64,000 bases of DNA from positions 200,136,001 through 200,200,000 of the forward strand of contig OZ024743.1 in NCBI GenBank assembly GCA_964016885.1, given 5' to 3'. The translations under genes were made by a program, and so were the position numbers. The notes below the pieces were generated by a model. It did not search any database. It was not told the DNA's origin and saw only the letters and a list, made by a program, of their open reading frames with translations. The stretch comes from Eledone cirrhosa. Taxonomy: Eukaryota. Of the stretch, positions 12,160 to 26,654 are shown piece after piece; the first letter of the stretch is position 1; each line of letters begins with the position of its first letter.

Positions 12160-15100
12160 TTATTTAATGTTGGTCTATATTTTTGAATAAACATATTTCC
12201 TTATTTATTCGCATTTGTTCTGTTGTATTGTTATCGCAAGGGTAAAATGGGAAGACTTGGAATTTGGGTGTCTTATTACTTGCGCAAATGTCTAGATATG
12301 CACTTAGTGGTATCTGTCTCGTGGTTGGATCTCGTAATTGTTGGCGATGAACTGTCATTCTGTTTCTGAGTGTGAGTTTAGTTTGTCCTATATAATCTTC
12401 ATTGCATCCTTTACATTTAATGGCATAAAGTAGATTTTTTGATGAGCAAGTGAAGTGATTTTTTACAGTAAAATTTTGTCCTGATTTAAATGTATACGTG
12501 TTGCCTTCAATGAGGTGAGTGCAGGTTCCACAATTAGAGCGACCACATTTTTTGATACTTGGTTGTGGGTTTGTGGTAGGTAATTTGGCATTGGTGAGTA
12601 ATGTTTTCAGTGATTTTGGTTGTCTTTTGCTTTTGATTATTTTGTGTGTTTCAAGGGCTTTTTTCATTCTTGGGTTTTGTTTTAGTATTGGGATGTTATT
12701 GTGAATAGTGTTGTAAGCTTCCGCATTTCTTGGGTTGTGTGTTGAGATATATGATAGAATATTGGACGTACCTTGAATTTGTTTCTGTTTCCGTAATTCA
12801 TCAATGCCTATTGCTTTAGCCCTTTCTATTCCATTATTTATTAGTAATAGTGGGTACTCTCTCTCGAGTAGAATTTCCTTTAATTCTTGAAGTCTTTTAT
12901 TTCACGTTTCATAATTGGAGACAATTGTGCAAATTCTTCTTGCTAGGTTAAAAGGAATGTTCGTCTTCGTGTGCTTTGGATGGTTGGAGGTGAATAGCAG
13001 ATATTGTTTGGAATCTGTTGGTTTGTAGTGTATGTCGGTTTCGATATTTGTGTCTTTTTTTAAGATTAAGATGTCCAGAAATGGGAGTTGATCTTGGTTG
13101 TATTCCATTGTGAATTGGATGTGGTTATTGATGCCGTTTATTAAGTTTTTGAAATCCTTCAGTTGGTCGAGTGTGTGGGACCAAAGAATGAGGCAATCAT
13201 CCAAATAGCGTTTCCAATTCTCTGATAAATATTTGTGGAAGTTCAATCCGTATTTTGATTTGGACTGTTCATATATCTGGACTTATAAGTATGCCATGAC
13301 TAAGTTGGCATAAGTTGGAGCGGCTTTTGTACCCATCGCAGTCCCCGATATTTGCTTGTAAGTATTGTCATCGAAATCAAAAAAGTTGTTCTGTAGGATG
13401 AATTTTAATCCCTCGGTGATAAAGCTTTTTTTCTATTCTGTCAGGTATCTCATTGGGATATTTCTCTAGCCAGAATCCTATTGCTTCTAGTCCGTATTGG
13501 TGTGGGATCGTTGTGTAGAGATTCACTACATCGAAAGACACAATAATAGTGTCGTTGTTGATATGTTTGGCGAGGTGGTTTAAGAGGTCCAGATCGTCTC
13601 TTACAAGGCTTGGTATGTGTTTCAGTAATGGTTTAAGTAGTATGTCTATAAAGTTGCTCAATCTGTGTGTTTCACATTGCGGGCCCGCTACAATTGGTCT
13701 CAATTTAAGGTCTGTGGGGTATTGTGTGTTCACGCAGGCTGAGGTGGATTGTTTACAGGCATCGTTGATTATTTTACACTTGTGGATCTTCGGAAGTCCG
13801 TAAAGGTTGCTGGTTTTGTATTCAAAATTTGTTAAATAATCGCGTTCCTTTTTAGTTAGGTCTTCCTGGTATCGATAAATCAGTGTGTTTAATTTGGTCA
13901 TTATTTTTGATTGCTGGTAGTTTTTTACTCTTTCATAGTAATTAGTATTTTGTAAGAGAGAGAACATAGAATTTTTATATTTTTCAGCCTCCATAATGAC
14001 AACAGTACTTCCCTTGTCCGCTTCCTTAATTATAATGTCCGTATTGTTTTTTAGTTCATGGATAATCTCCCATTCCCTTCGACTCGTGTTGGGTTTGGGT
14101 TTAGGTTGCGGTAGTTCATGGTATGGGAAGGTAGCTATGTGGTCACAAAATTTGTCCAGAACTCTGTTTCTACCTTTTGTTGGGTTGTAGCTGCTTTTAT
14201 TCCGTACAATTGATTCCGTACAAAGAATTCCTCTGTGAGACGTAATTTTCTACAGAAGTGTGAGATATCGTCATTTATCTCGTTGGGGTTAGGGTATTGT
14301 GGTGTTGGTGTGAATTTCAGACCTTTGGAGAGAATTTTTACTTGTTGGGCTGAGAGGTTTGTATTTGAAATGTTAATTATTTTCGGTTTTTCAAAATCGG
14401 TTTGTGCCACCGGGTGTCGTGAGTCCTGTAGCCTTGGTCTAAAAAATGATTTTTCGGGAATGTTTTTCATTGGTATTATTATATCTAATGGTATTTCCCC
14501 TGTTGTTGTGTGGTCTTGTATAGAAGTTTCGGACGTATCGAGGTTCGGTTTGTTGATAGTCCGGGTTGTAGATTTGGTTCCTTTGTGTGGGTTGGGATCT
14601 ACGGTTTTGGAACAGGCTCTGTGTGGGCAGGGGTCTACGGTTTTGGAATAGGTTTTGTGTGGGTTGTGATCTGCGGATCAGGTCCTGCCTTGTGTTCGGG
14701 GATCTTTGGTTTTTGTTAGTAGGGTTATAGTTTTGTCTATGGTTTCTGGGATTATCGTTATAGTTTTGCTGGGGGTATGTTGGACGTTTTGTTACTTTTT
14801 TTGTTATTTGTTGTGCATGTGGTGTGTGAGTTTTAGTTTGTTTTAAAAAGGGGTTACCTGTATGTTGTTCATTTTTGAAGTCCATTTCGTAGTTGTTGAA
14901 CCAGGTGGCGTTTTTTTCCCATCGCTGGAGGGATGTTAGTTCTTCATCCTCACAGTTCTCTTTCCAAAGTTTTAGGGTTTTTTTGTAGAGTAGGCCTTCA
15001 GAGTGCTTTGAGATTTCTGTGTCCATCTGTTGGTCGAGTGACTTGAATTTTTCTTCGTTGGAGTTGGCTCTTAATCGCAACAGTTCTATTTCTGTTTTAA

Positions 15101-15225
15101 ATTTTTCCAATGCCATCTTTTCCCTAAGTGTTTGTTGGTTTTCTGGTTCATTCGGGATGGGTTTTATTTGGAGTTTTTTTAGGGGGATGATTGGGGTAGA
15201 GTTTAGCCACTTTTCATATATGTCT
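12160..15225 (-). pseudogene. PLE polyprotein (N-terminal region, RT, thumb, GIY-YIG endonuclease), frameshifted and 5'-truncated
   Basis: LSKGLKFTPTP, KEADKGSTVV, YGLPKIHK, LRPIVAGP, SFDVVNLYT, GTAMGTKAAPTYANL, RYLDD, HYKPTDSKQYL, CGRSNCGTC, NLLYAIKCKGCNEDYIGQT, spread over several frames with stops near 13285 and 12902. Confidence 0.9.
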
Positions 15226-15788
15226 GCTAACCATACTCCCACACACATAACACCCATACACACACATAACAACCCCCACACCCACAACTCCCTCCCCATT
15301 TCTACTAATAGAACCACTTTCCTACACACATATATATACACACACACAAAATATATATTCTCTCCATCTTAACATACTCGCACACACACACATAACACCC
15401 ATATACACACACAACTCACTCCCCCATTTCTACTAATAGAATCATCTTCCAATACACACATACACACACATACACACACACACACACATACACACACACA
15501 AACACACAAATAAACATACATATCTTCACTTCAATAGAAAATCTGAACTCTGACACCCCAGCGAACTAACCATATTCACTGAACCAGAACAATCCCTTTT
15601 CTCTTGACCACTATCTTTCCATTGTCATAACATTCGCTATAAAGACTACAGAATAGTTTTCCAAATAAGGGCGCAAAAATGTAATGAAAACTTGTTCACG
15701 TGACAGCCAAATTTCATTTATAACCAATCAAATCACGTTTATTAAAAAAAAGCCTTCGTGAGCCACCTTTTTCTAAAGTAAAGGAATT

Positions 15789-15866
<78 letters not shown>

Positions 15867-16365
15867 AACACACATATCTTTACTTTATTTATTCAATAGA
15901 AAATCTGAATTCTGACACCCCAGCGAACTAACCATATTCACTGAACCAGAACAATTCTCCCATCCCTTTCTCTTGACCATTATCTTTTTATCAAAAAATT
16001 CTCTAAAAAGGCTAGAGAATGGATTTCCAAATAAGGGCACAAAAATTTAATGAAAATTTGTTCACGTGACAGCCATAATTTCATTTATAACCAACCAAAG
16101 AAAAGCCTTCGTGAGCCTCCTTTTTTCAAGTAAAAAGAAATTCAAACACTCATATATGAAAAAACAACCTGTGACAACCCCGCCCCTCTTATTTGAAGAA
16201 CTATTGTAACGCGAACTGGCGCGAAATATATTATAATTATTGACAAACCAATCAAATTACTTCTCGAAAAACCTGGCATTTCGAGCCACTTTTTCCATAT
16301 AAAACAAGTAACATTCATAGACCAACCAGATGTGAGAAAAACCACAGACCCTCCATCTCAACTCA

Positions 16366-16403
16366 CCTTTTGAAAAGCAGAAGAACTGCGAAACCGGTAA
16401 AGG
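16366..16403 (+). ncRNA. Minimal hammerhead ribozyme (U3:A8) in the inverted 5' pLTR
   Basis: Same motif as 10724-10761 on the opposite strand. Confidence 0.75.
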
Positions 16404-16470
16404 AACCAAATAAATATATATTTAAAAAAAAAATAAGACTCCAGTTGCATTTTCTATTTCATCTCATTTT

Positions 16471-16586
<116 letters not shown>

Positions 16587-16886
16587 ATATACATATGTAT
16601 GTATGTATATATACATATGTATGTATGTATATATACATATGTATTAAGGGTACTATTTATGGTTATGTATTCAATAAAACCTTTAATGGTAATATATTAT
16701 ATACACACAAACCCTAAATAGTGAGAGATAGTCATTAATTACTATCCTATTACCAGTAAGATAAATAGCTCAATGTAATAACATCAGTTGTTTTACAGAG
16801 CAGTTATATAGAGATTACAGATCAATATGCGCATATGTTTTATGTGTCTCTTGGGTTGAAAAGGAGGTCAAGTATGTTATAAATAG

Positions 16887-16935
16887 TTGCTCCGAAGAAT
16901 CCAAACCTCGGTTTGGAGGAAACAATTGTAAGCAA
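16887..16935 (+). ncRNA. Hammerhead-like motif with a CCGAAGA core
   Basis: TTGCT-CCGAAGA-a-TCCAAAC-ctcg-GTTTGGA-g-GAAACAATTGT-A-AGCAA; palindromic helix III; inside a ~320-bp TA-flanked island. Confidence 0.6.
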
Positions 16936-17060
16936 ATAAATGACTTAAACTGAACTTTGATTACTGTAATCTCTATATATACATATGTATGTATGTATAT
17001 ATACATATGTATGTATATGCATATATATATATATGTCTGTATGTATGTATATATGTTTAT

Positions 17061-17221
17061 GTCAAGGAAACACGATACGAACGAACAAGAGGATGCAATA
17101 TGATAAAGTGTATTAGTTTCACGGTTGGAGAAATTTAACTCATTCTTCTTTCTCCAAGCGTGAAACTAATACACTTTATGTTATTGCATCCTCTTGTTCG
17201 TTCGTTTCGCGTTTCCTTGAC
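17061..17221. repeat. Fold-back palindrome with ~70-bp arms
   Basis: gtcaaggaaac...gtattagtttcacggttggagaa / ttctccaagcgtgaaactaatac...gtttccttgac. Confidence 0.9.
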
Positions 17222-17295
17222 TTATACCACCACGCTTACGCGGACTCCTACCCTCGCATCGGATTAACCTCGGATTGTCCTTTGACTGCACCAGG

Positions 17296-17403
17296 ACACA
17301 CACGCACGCGCGCGCGAGAGCACACACACACACACAGAAGCACACATATACACAGCATAATGAGTAGGTGGTTTCTAATAACTGAAACAGATAATATGTA
17401 AAT

Positions 17404-17474
<71 letters not shown>

Positions 17475-17544
17475 AACAGATACATTTCCTTCAAATATAA
17501 ATATATATATATATATATTTATATTTGAAGGAAATGTATCTGTT

Positions 17545-17580
<36 letters not shown>

Positions 17581-17690
17581 TCACAATTTACATATTATCT
17601 GTTTCAGTTATTAGAAACCACCTACTCATTATGCTGTGTATATGTGTGCTTCTGTGTGTGTGTGTGTGCTCGCGCGCGCGTGTGTGTGTG
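17296..17690. repeat. Fold-back palindrome centred on a (TA)n tract near 17509
   Basis: cagaagcacacatatacacagcataatgag...acaacagatacatttccttcaaatataa is mirrored by ttatatttgaaggaaatgtatctgttgt...ctcattatgctgtgtatatgtgtgcttctg. Confidence 0.9.
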
Positions 17691-18429
17691 TGTGTGTTTG
17701 TTTGTGTGGTTGCGTGTGTGTGTGAGACAATGTGGAGATAAAAAGTTATGAGATAATCACATTACAAAATTATCAAATTGTCGAAAACCTTGTAAAAGGA
17801 TGAGGCTAGTATTGTATTACCACCTGGGATGCAAATATAAGGTGAAAGAAAGATCTATAGATGAGCATTAGAGTCAGATACTGCAAAGGTGTGAAGGGTC
17901 AAATGCTGAGGCTATGACCGATTAGAAAATTGTTGTTGAAGACTTTGACAGAGTGAGTATAGATAATTGGAATACTAAATGATGGAGCAGAATTATTTCG
18001 ACACGATACAACATTTAGAAATTTGCAGCCCACAAACAATTTGACATGGTTTCGGCCATGATCTTACCAATATCGGGCTGAGATTTAACATGGCCCTTAT
18101 AACATTAGTGAGATGTGCAGGTTCTCCAAGGCGGACCAGACCTCTTTGGGGCCCAAAGCAGGCAAAGATCTTTCTTAAAATGGACGTTGGATGGTTTCTA
18201 TGGGGACTTCTTAGCTCTTCGGCCCCGGAACAAAGTACCGGCTGGACCCCTCTCATAGGCCTTGAAGATGTGTGTATATGGGGTTACTAAATCATGGTGT
18301 ACATATATACGGAGATTACAGGTGAAGGGTTCATTGGATGATTGAATAAAATAAAATGGTATAACATAGATGGTATGTGATGCCTAGTCATAAATGCAGC
18401 TAACTGCTGCCAAACTGATTTTAGGCATT

Positions 18430-18940
18430 TGAAGAAGTTTCAGGTTTGCACATATAGCAAGAAGCTAGTGCAGATTTTAATATCAGCATTAGCCTAGGTT
18501 GAAGCAATCTCACCAATTTCTCAGCCGTACATTGGTTGTAAGTGCCGTTTATTATTTTTTAAAGCATTTCTACGATCTATGATTTTCCTTTAATACAGTA
18601 TTCGTTGTTTGGTTGCTCTCTTAATGACCAAATGTTACTAGACAAAATGACGTTTGATCATTTGTTTATGTTTCTGTACGAATATATGTCAGTAGAATTT
18701 GATTTAAATCTGTTCCTCATTAGGCTTATATAGGACTTGATTGTGTTATTGCTTTTTGGCTAGTAACATCTGCCAAGAACACAGCAGATAGTTGAATACG
18801 TATTCAGTCGATGAGGCAGTTAGAGGAATTATTGTACTTGTTAATTTGGGGAGGTGTCTGTGTTGTCATATAGAGTTTTGTTATTGTTCGTTCTATATGT
18901 AAGGCAACATTGGGTGTCAATAAATAACTTTTAATTGAAT
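18430..18940 (-). pseudogene. Heavily decayed PLE GIY-YIG endonuclease C-terminal remnant
   Basis: Fragmentary translations KSYISLMRNRFK, LSSNIWSLRE and NQCTAEKL resemble the PLE motifs YIG-T-FK, LS-YIW-LK and CNLC--EK. Confidence 0.45.
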
Positions 18941-18966
18941 ATATATGTATATACACACACACACAC

Positions 18967-19036
<70 letters not shown>

Positions 19037-19094
19037 ATAGAGAGAGAGTGTGTGTGTATTTGTATATATATATATATATACAAATACACACACA

Positions 19095-19268
19095 TGTTCA
19101 AGAAAATGTTCAAGACGCAGAGCTCAAGCCGTTTCGACGGCTATTTCTGGACAGCTTGAGCTCTGCTGTCGGGGTCTTGAACATTTTCCTATTACCCACT
19201 CTACTACACTAAGTATTGAGTACTCTGGTGCGTTATGGTCCACCTGGTTCCTTACCACACTTCCTTCG

Positions 19269-19270
<2 letters not shown>
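19095..19270 (-). mobile_element. Family A copy 3 (hairpin partly deleted)
   Basis: gcagagctcaagccgtttcgacgg...acagcttgagctctgc plus the body attacccactctactacactaagtattgagtactctggtgcgttatggtcc. Confidence 0.75.
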
Positions 19271-19307
<37 letters not shown>

Positions 19308-19434
19308 GAGGTATCCACAGTAAGTTGTGGGGTTATTCTGCATGAAGAACTCGATGTAATCCATGTTGAAAATGTTGTAGGTTAAGATAAATCTCGGAAA
19401 ACAATAAAACATTAAAAGGAAAACAGAGTCATGA

Positions 19435-19798
19435 TATAAGTTAAAACAATGAAATAAAAAATCAAGTCATTAGAGATATACTTCACTGTTTTACAATCGT
19501 TTCTAGATGATGATAATACATTGTAGCTATACTCCGTTATTGATCTATGTAAGGTTAGTTACAGAATATGAGATCAAGAGAATATTTACTTACATGCATA
19601 TCACCAGCTATTTTCAAAAGCTTTTGAAAACAGCTGGTGATATGCATGTAAGTAAATATTCTCTTATTTTGTAACTAACCTTACATAGATCAATAACTGA
19701 GTATAGCTACAATGTATTATCATCATCTAGAAACGATGGTAAAGCAGTGAAGTATATCTCTAATGACTTGATTTTTTATTTCATTGTTTTAACTTATA
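19435..19798. repeat. Spacer-less fold-back palindrome with ~182-bp arms
   Basis: Centre ttttcaaaag|cttttgaaaa at 19620/19621; the arms match with a few substitutions. Confidence 0.92.
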
Positions 19799-19811
19799 TA
19801 TATATATATAG

Positions 19812-19890
<79 letters not shown>

Positions 19891-20331
19891 CACCACCACC
19901 TCACTCTCAAGAGCGTGAAACTAATAAACCTTTGTTCGTACTGCCTCTCTGTTTTGTTCCCGTTCCATTTTTCACTATATATAATATATATATATATATG
20001 GGTGAGGGGTATAGATATATACGTGCATATATATTTACATGCATGTGTGTGTGTTTGGGTGCTTGTGTGTAAAAAGCAGTCTTATTCAGGCTTGTTTTTC
20101 ATAATATCTCTCCCCGACTCAGTAGATGTGTCGTTCTATCAAAATCCCAGGTCCCTCTCTATGATTGAAGCTTAAGATTATTGAAGAAGTGTAACGTTCA
20201 CATGTCTCTATTTCCCCCACTACACTAGACTCATCCTCTCTTTTTCTCTACAGCACGGCCTATATCATGTCTATCATAGGGTACCTACAGTTGACTGAAT
20301 AGTCGACTGTCTTGGGAGAGGAAGGGGAAAT

Positions 20332-20332
20332 A

Positions 20333-20375
<43 letters not shown>

Positions 20376-20581
20376 TTGCTACTGCTGCTGCTGCCACTAC
20401 TACTTCTACTGCTACTGCTACTACTGCTGCTGCTGCAGTTACTGTCACTACTACTACTGCTGCTGCTGCTGCTGCTACTGTTATAACTACTGCTGTTGCT
20501 GCTGCTGCTTAGCTGCTGCTACTACTACTACTACTACTACTGCGACTAACACAGCCGCCACTACTGCTACTACTACTACTG

Positions 20582-20617
<36 letters not shown>
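20332..20617. repeat. (CTA)n/(CTG)n compound microsatellite
   Basis: Direct reading. Confidence 0.9.
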
Positions 20618-20899
20618 ACACGTTTATTGATTTCCTCGAGGATATTTTGTCTGTGTGATACGTCCTTTAAAGAAAATCTTGAAGTTAGCGTGCCTTGCTG
20701 TTCCCTATTTAGTCTGCCTATACCTGTGTCTTCCTTACTGAACGTTGTGTGGAAAGGGAACACCTTCTGAGCAGGTGTAATATTATATAGCAACAAAAGA
20801 TATGTGCACAGCAGGTCATCAAACGATCTTTGATGACTCTATCAGCAGGACAGCTTATGCAACGTATACCTTTCCAGATGTAATTGTTTTACTTATACA

Positions 20900-20958
<59 letters not shown>

Positions 20959-21015
20959 CTATATATACATATATATTTATGTATATGTGTATACACATAC
21001 ATATATATATATACT

Positions 21016-21059
<44 letters not shown>

Positions 21060-21231
21060 TATATGAGTGTGTGTGTGTGTGTGTACTTGTGTGTGTGTGT
21101 GTGTGCCTGTTTGTGTTTGTGTGTGTATGCTAAACTGATGATGTTGATGTTTTTGTTGTGTTTGTCATTGATGCCACTGTTGTTGTCTTCGTCGTAGATA
21201 TTGTTGGCATTATTGCCGCTGCCACAGCTGC

Positions 21232-21370
<139 letters not shown>

Positions 21371-21418
21371 CGTCCTTGAGTGATGAAAATGAAATGTAAC
21401 CAGAGAGTTTTTAATTGA

Positions 21419-21458
<40 letters not shown>

Positions 21459-21498
21459 GTACATACACTCTCTCTCTCACACACACACACATACGCAT

Positions 21499-21585
<87 letters not shown>

Positions 21586-21944
21586 TATATATATATATAT
21601 ATATATATACGTATTGTTTTTCTCTCGACACTTACAGTATTAACGAAATGTCATTCCCCTAACTCTGTTATGAAATCAATACAATTATGAAAATAGAGAA
21701 CTTAGAAGATAGTATATATATTATATGAAAATAAAAATGAACATAAATGAAAGTGAAAAATACAAGTAAAAAGAAAGGAAATATATATGGTATTTGAATG
21801 TCATACTATTCCGATTGGGATATAAATATCTGTAAATAGGAATATATACATATGTCAGCATGAAGATATTAATATCTGTGTCTATTTAAAATCTTTGAAT
21901 CTGTAGAGCCTTAGTCAACATGCTTAGCGACATATATTAACCGC

Positions 21945-22520
21945 TCTTTACGTTCTTAGTTCAAACTCGCCGAGGTTAGCTTTGCCTTTCATCCTCACGG
22001 GGGTCGATAAAATAAAGTACCAGCCACGCACTGGGGTTGATTTAATCGATTTTGCCCACCCCAAAATTGCTGGCCTTGTGCCTATATAAGAAACCATTAT
22101 ATGGGCAGTGGATTGGCAGTATCGGTAGAGGGTCGAACGCCATGCTTTGACGCATAGAGTTACGGCCCTTGCCATTCTGAGTTCAAATTCCGCCGACCTT
22201 AACTTTGCCTTTCATCCTTACGTCGTCGATAAAATAAAGTACCAGTAATGCCCTGGGTAATTGCTGGCCTTGTTCCAAAAGTGAAAATAATTATTATAAG
22301 GGTAGTGGATTGGCAGTATCGATAGTGCGCCAGATCCCCTGCTTTGCAGCATAGAGTTACGGCTCTTTACGTTCTGAGTTCAAATCCTGCTGAGGTTAGC
22401 TTTGCCTTTCATCCTTACGGAGTCGATAAAACAAAGTACCAGTAATGCACTGGGGTCAATTTAATACACTTTCCCTTTACCCCGAAATTGTTGGCCTTGT
22501 GCGAAAATCAGAAACCATTA
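21945..22520 (+). mobile_element. Three head-to-tail tRNA-derived SINEs (type A)
   Basis: Repeated unit gtggattggcagtatcggtagag...gagttcaaatcccgccgaggttagctttgcctttcatcc...gtcgataaaataaagtaccag...ctggccttgtgcc...gaaaccattat, with A and B boxes. Confidence 0.85.
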
Positions 22521-24375
22521 TCTTTCAAGAAATACAGAAATACAGAAAATATTTGATTGTTATTAAGTTGTCGCTTTATCCAATTAATCGCAATTCAATG
22601 ATATATATTGTATTAATATTTCCCAATAACCTTCCATGTTCTGCTCGAATTATATTCATTGCTCTTTACAATGTTCAGGTAAATATATAGTTACATATAT
22701 ATCTCAATATATACTGTGTATATATACTGTATGGAGATAACGTAGACTGCATAAATCCATGCATGCAATATATAGATACATAACTATGCCAAATATACCT
22801 AATTCCTTGTATATTTAAAAGAATGCTAAATATCTTTAATCGATTTTCGAAACTAGTTGATTGCATATAATCTAAACAACCAACTGGAAATATGTAATCG
22901 AAGTGTTTCTATACCCGATCACATATACGGAAATAGACATGCTAATTTGGATATTATTAGCGCTTATGTAGGTTGTTAATTGTATAAACGTATCGTAAAT
23001 TTCGGTTGCTCAGTGCGCAACTTTATGTATAAACATATCGTTATACTGATGGATGTAACTCTTGAATAGATTCAAAATTATGGTTATATGATAAATGTAA
23101 TTTTCCATCAATATTGACGAGGAAGTGCCTTCATGTATAACAGATTTTTCCAGGTAGTTTCAATAGACTGAGCAAACACTTTGAGAATGACAGCTTTACG
23201 TGTTTCGGTTTAAAGAATATTTTGCTATTGTGGTTTCATTTGGTACAGAGTGATAAAAGTTAACCACGATGTATGTAATCAAACTTAAGTTAACGAGTCA
23301 TTGCTCAAAGTTGCGAATCTAGGGGTTTCGTAGCACTATTATAGAGTTTATCTCTGAAGTTTTTGCTGATTTTTTCTTGTCCTGGTTTTGTTCGGTTGAT
23401 GAGTCTTGTATGATATTTCGTTTTGAGGATCATCGATATTTACATAACATTTTTAGTTCAGCAATTTCTACGCTATGACCTATATTAGTTCTCAAGTATA
23501 ACTTTGACTTACATAGTTAAAAAATCTTAACATTTTAATGGCGTTTGTTTCTATAATTTAAGATATTGGAATAGCTATTAGTCAGAAGGTTGTTTTTGTG
23601 AATGGACATTTATTTCACATAAATTTCTTGTTTCATTTATCTCCACAACTATTTTCCTTTGAAATTCCTCCTCCTTCTCCTCCTCCTCATCCCCTCCTCC
23701 TCCTCCTCCCCCTCCTTATCATCATCATCATCATCATCATCAACCTCATCCATATTCTTCTTCTTCTTCTTCTTCTTCTTCTTCTTCTTCTTCTTCTTCT
23801 TCTTCTTCTTCGTCTCCCCCCTCCTCTTCCACCTCCTCTTGTAGTTTTTGTGTTTGCTATTGTTGTTGTTGTGGTTAGTGTTACTGTGTGACGACCATGA
23901 AAGTGAAATTCACATATATGGAGGTATTTCTCAATAGACACTCTTATAATATCAATACATTTTCTCTCTCGATACTTATTACCATATTACGTAATTAACA
24001 AAATAAGTTGCTTTTTTTTCTGAGTAAGCGGATCCCAATTATCAATGACTCTTTCATATCGCTTTGATAGGCTACACATATATTCTATATATTTCTAGGG
24101 TAGAATTGACGCTATATATTATGATGATAATCCATTTTTTATCTGAAGGTATTTGCAACCTAAAGGATGCGTACTTGCATCAACAGAGAATTGTAATAAG
24201 ATTGCACGTTGTACTGAGCTGGCGCTTGCCATACAACCCAATTATAATACCATTGAAATGTTTTACTTCACATAATGTTTCAATTTGCTTTCTTTGACAT
24301 TTCACGTCTATTTACGTTCGTCATACTTATATTTTTTGTTTCATATTTTTCTTCTTTTTATCTCATCTTTCTTTC

Positions 24376-24437
<62 letters not shown>

Positions 24438-24749
24438 CCCCCTCTCTCTTTCTCTCATTGTGTCCTATCCTCGTGTACTAATATACAAAATATCATCCCC
24501 TTCCTGTTAGAGGAAAATAATCCTTCTTTCCAGATGGACGCTTTGTTATTCACAGTCCTACCCCTTTATTTCAGTTGAAACTTTCGGGTACCTCACACAC
24601 ACAAAAACATAGACACATGCCCTCCCCTATAACACACACCCATGCATGTATACATACATACATACGTTTATGTATATATATATATATACACACACACACA
24701 CATATATATATATTTGTATGTATATATATAGATACATATATATATATAT

Positions 24750-24825
<76 letters not shown>

Positions 24826-25266
24826 ATATATATATACATACATACATACATACATACATACATAAACGTATATATATATACATAATGAGTGATAACAGGT
24901 TGGTATTAGTTGGCGTGCGTCGTTTCCGGTGTTGACACTCTCCAACGACGGCACCAACTGGAGGTAATAACGGAAGAAGCTAAATTGTTTTATCAGACGA
25001 CTGCACACAGTAAAGAACAGAACGAAGAACGATTGAAGAGAAAGGGAAAGAGAGAAAGTGTGTGAATGAAAGAGACAGAAGGGGGGGGGGGTGAGAAAAG
25101 AAGAAATAGAAACACAACAATTGAAAGAAAGAGAAAAGAGTAAAAAAAAACAGAGAACAAGGGGAATAAAAAAAAGAAATTGATAAATAAATAAAAAATA
25201 GTACACATACATATATGCATGCAGAAACAGACGTGCGCGCATAATTATACACGCATAGACAAATGG

Positions 25267-25350
<84 letters not shown>

Positions 25351-25494
25351 GAAAATATCACAGCTCAGCTACTTCTGACAGTATTTGTTAAGGGATAATA
25401 ATCAGAAAAAGGTTTGGGTTCAGTAAAGTTGAAGTTAGTATAGTGAAGAAGTTAATAAAGAAACCATTATTTATTATCAATATTATTATTATTA

Positions 25495-26400
25495 TGGCGG
25501 TGGATTGGCAGTTTCGGTAGAACCTTGGACAATATGCTTGGCGGCTTGTAGGTACGTCCCTTTACGTTCTGAGTTCAAATTGCGCCGATATTAGTTTTGC
25601 ATTTCATCCTTGCAGGGTCGTTAAAATAAAGTACCAGTCATTCACTAGAGTCGATTTAATCGACTTTTCTCTCCTCCCAAACTGCTGGCCTTGTGCCTAT
25701 ATAAGAAACCATTATTATGACGGTGGTGGATTTGCACTATAGGTAGAGCGTCGGACGATATGCTTTGTGACATAGAGTTACGTCTCTTTACGTTCTGAGT
25801 TTAAATCCCACCGAGGTTAGCTTCGCCTTTCCTCCTGACGAGGTCGATAAAATAAAGTACCAGTAATGCACTGGTGTCGATTTAATTGCCCCCCCCCCTC
25901 CCAACTGTGGGTCTTGTACCTAAAGTAGAAACAATTATTATGGCGATGGACTGGCATAAACCTTTAGGCTACCAGACAAAATAACTTCCGGTAAATTTAC
26001 TTTCTGTGTTCAAATCTCAGCAAGGTCAACGTCGCAAATCTTCCTTCCGGGTTCATTAAAATACAATAAAGCCGTTGATATAATCTAATAATGCTCACCT
26101 CTCAAATATGTGTTGCCTTTTTGCCTGTGTTAATATGTATCATGTTTGTTTATTTAGCATTTCTTGTGTTGTCGTTTTTATTGCGCTGCTTGTTGTTATA
26201 AAAGGTAGATGGATTGGCAGTATCGGTAGAGGGTCGGACGCCATGCTTTGCAGCAAAGAGTTACGGCCCTTTATGGTCTGAGTTCAAATCCCGCCGAGGT
26301 TAACTTTGCCTTTCACCCTTACGGGGTCGATAAATTAAAGTACCAGTAATGCACTGGGATAATTGCTGGCCTTGTGCCAAAAGTAGAAATAGTTATTATA
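25495..26400 (+). mobile_element. Cluster of about four type-A SINEs, + strand
   Basis: The same unit starts near 25496, 25722, 25940 (degenerate) and 26205. Confidence 0.85.
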
Positions 26401-26654
26401 AAAGGTAGAATAAGGGTAATGTCAGTAGAGCATCAGTTTACATGCCCTATGATATAAAACGAGTTCTAGGTTAAAATACCACGTGGTAAACTTTGACTGT
26501 TTTGCTTCTATGAATATATGCAGTAACTCTTTTGATACTAGACAGCCTATAACTGTCACTGGTTCTACGTTACAAAACTATTATTTATCTAAAAAAAAAG
26601 CTTCCACCATATTTGTCGGTAAAACACTTTAAGGTATGTTCCAAACACTAGGTT

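Noticed and set aside
12902-12904. In-frame TGA in the PLE ORF read as selenocysteine (reported for some Naiad PLEs)
   Set aside because: It is not at a Cys motif and is best explained as CGA>TGA decay; the endonuclease cysteines use normal codons and other lesions exist.
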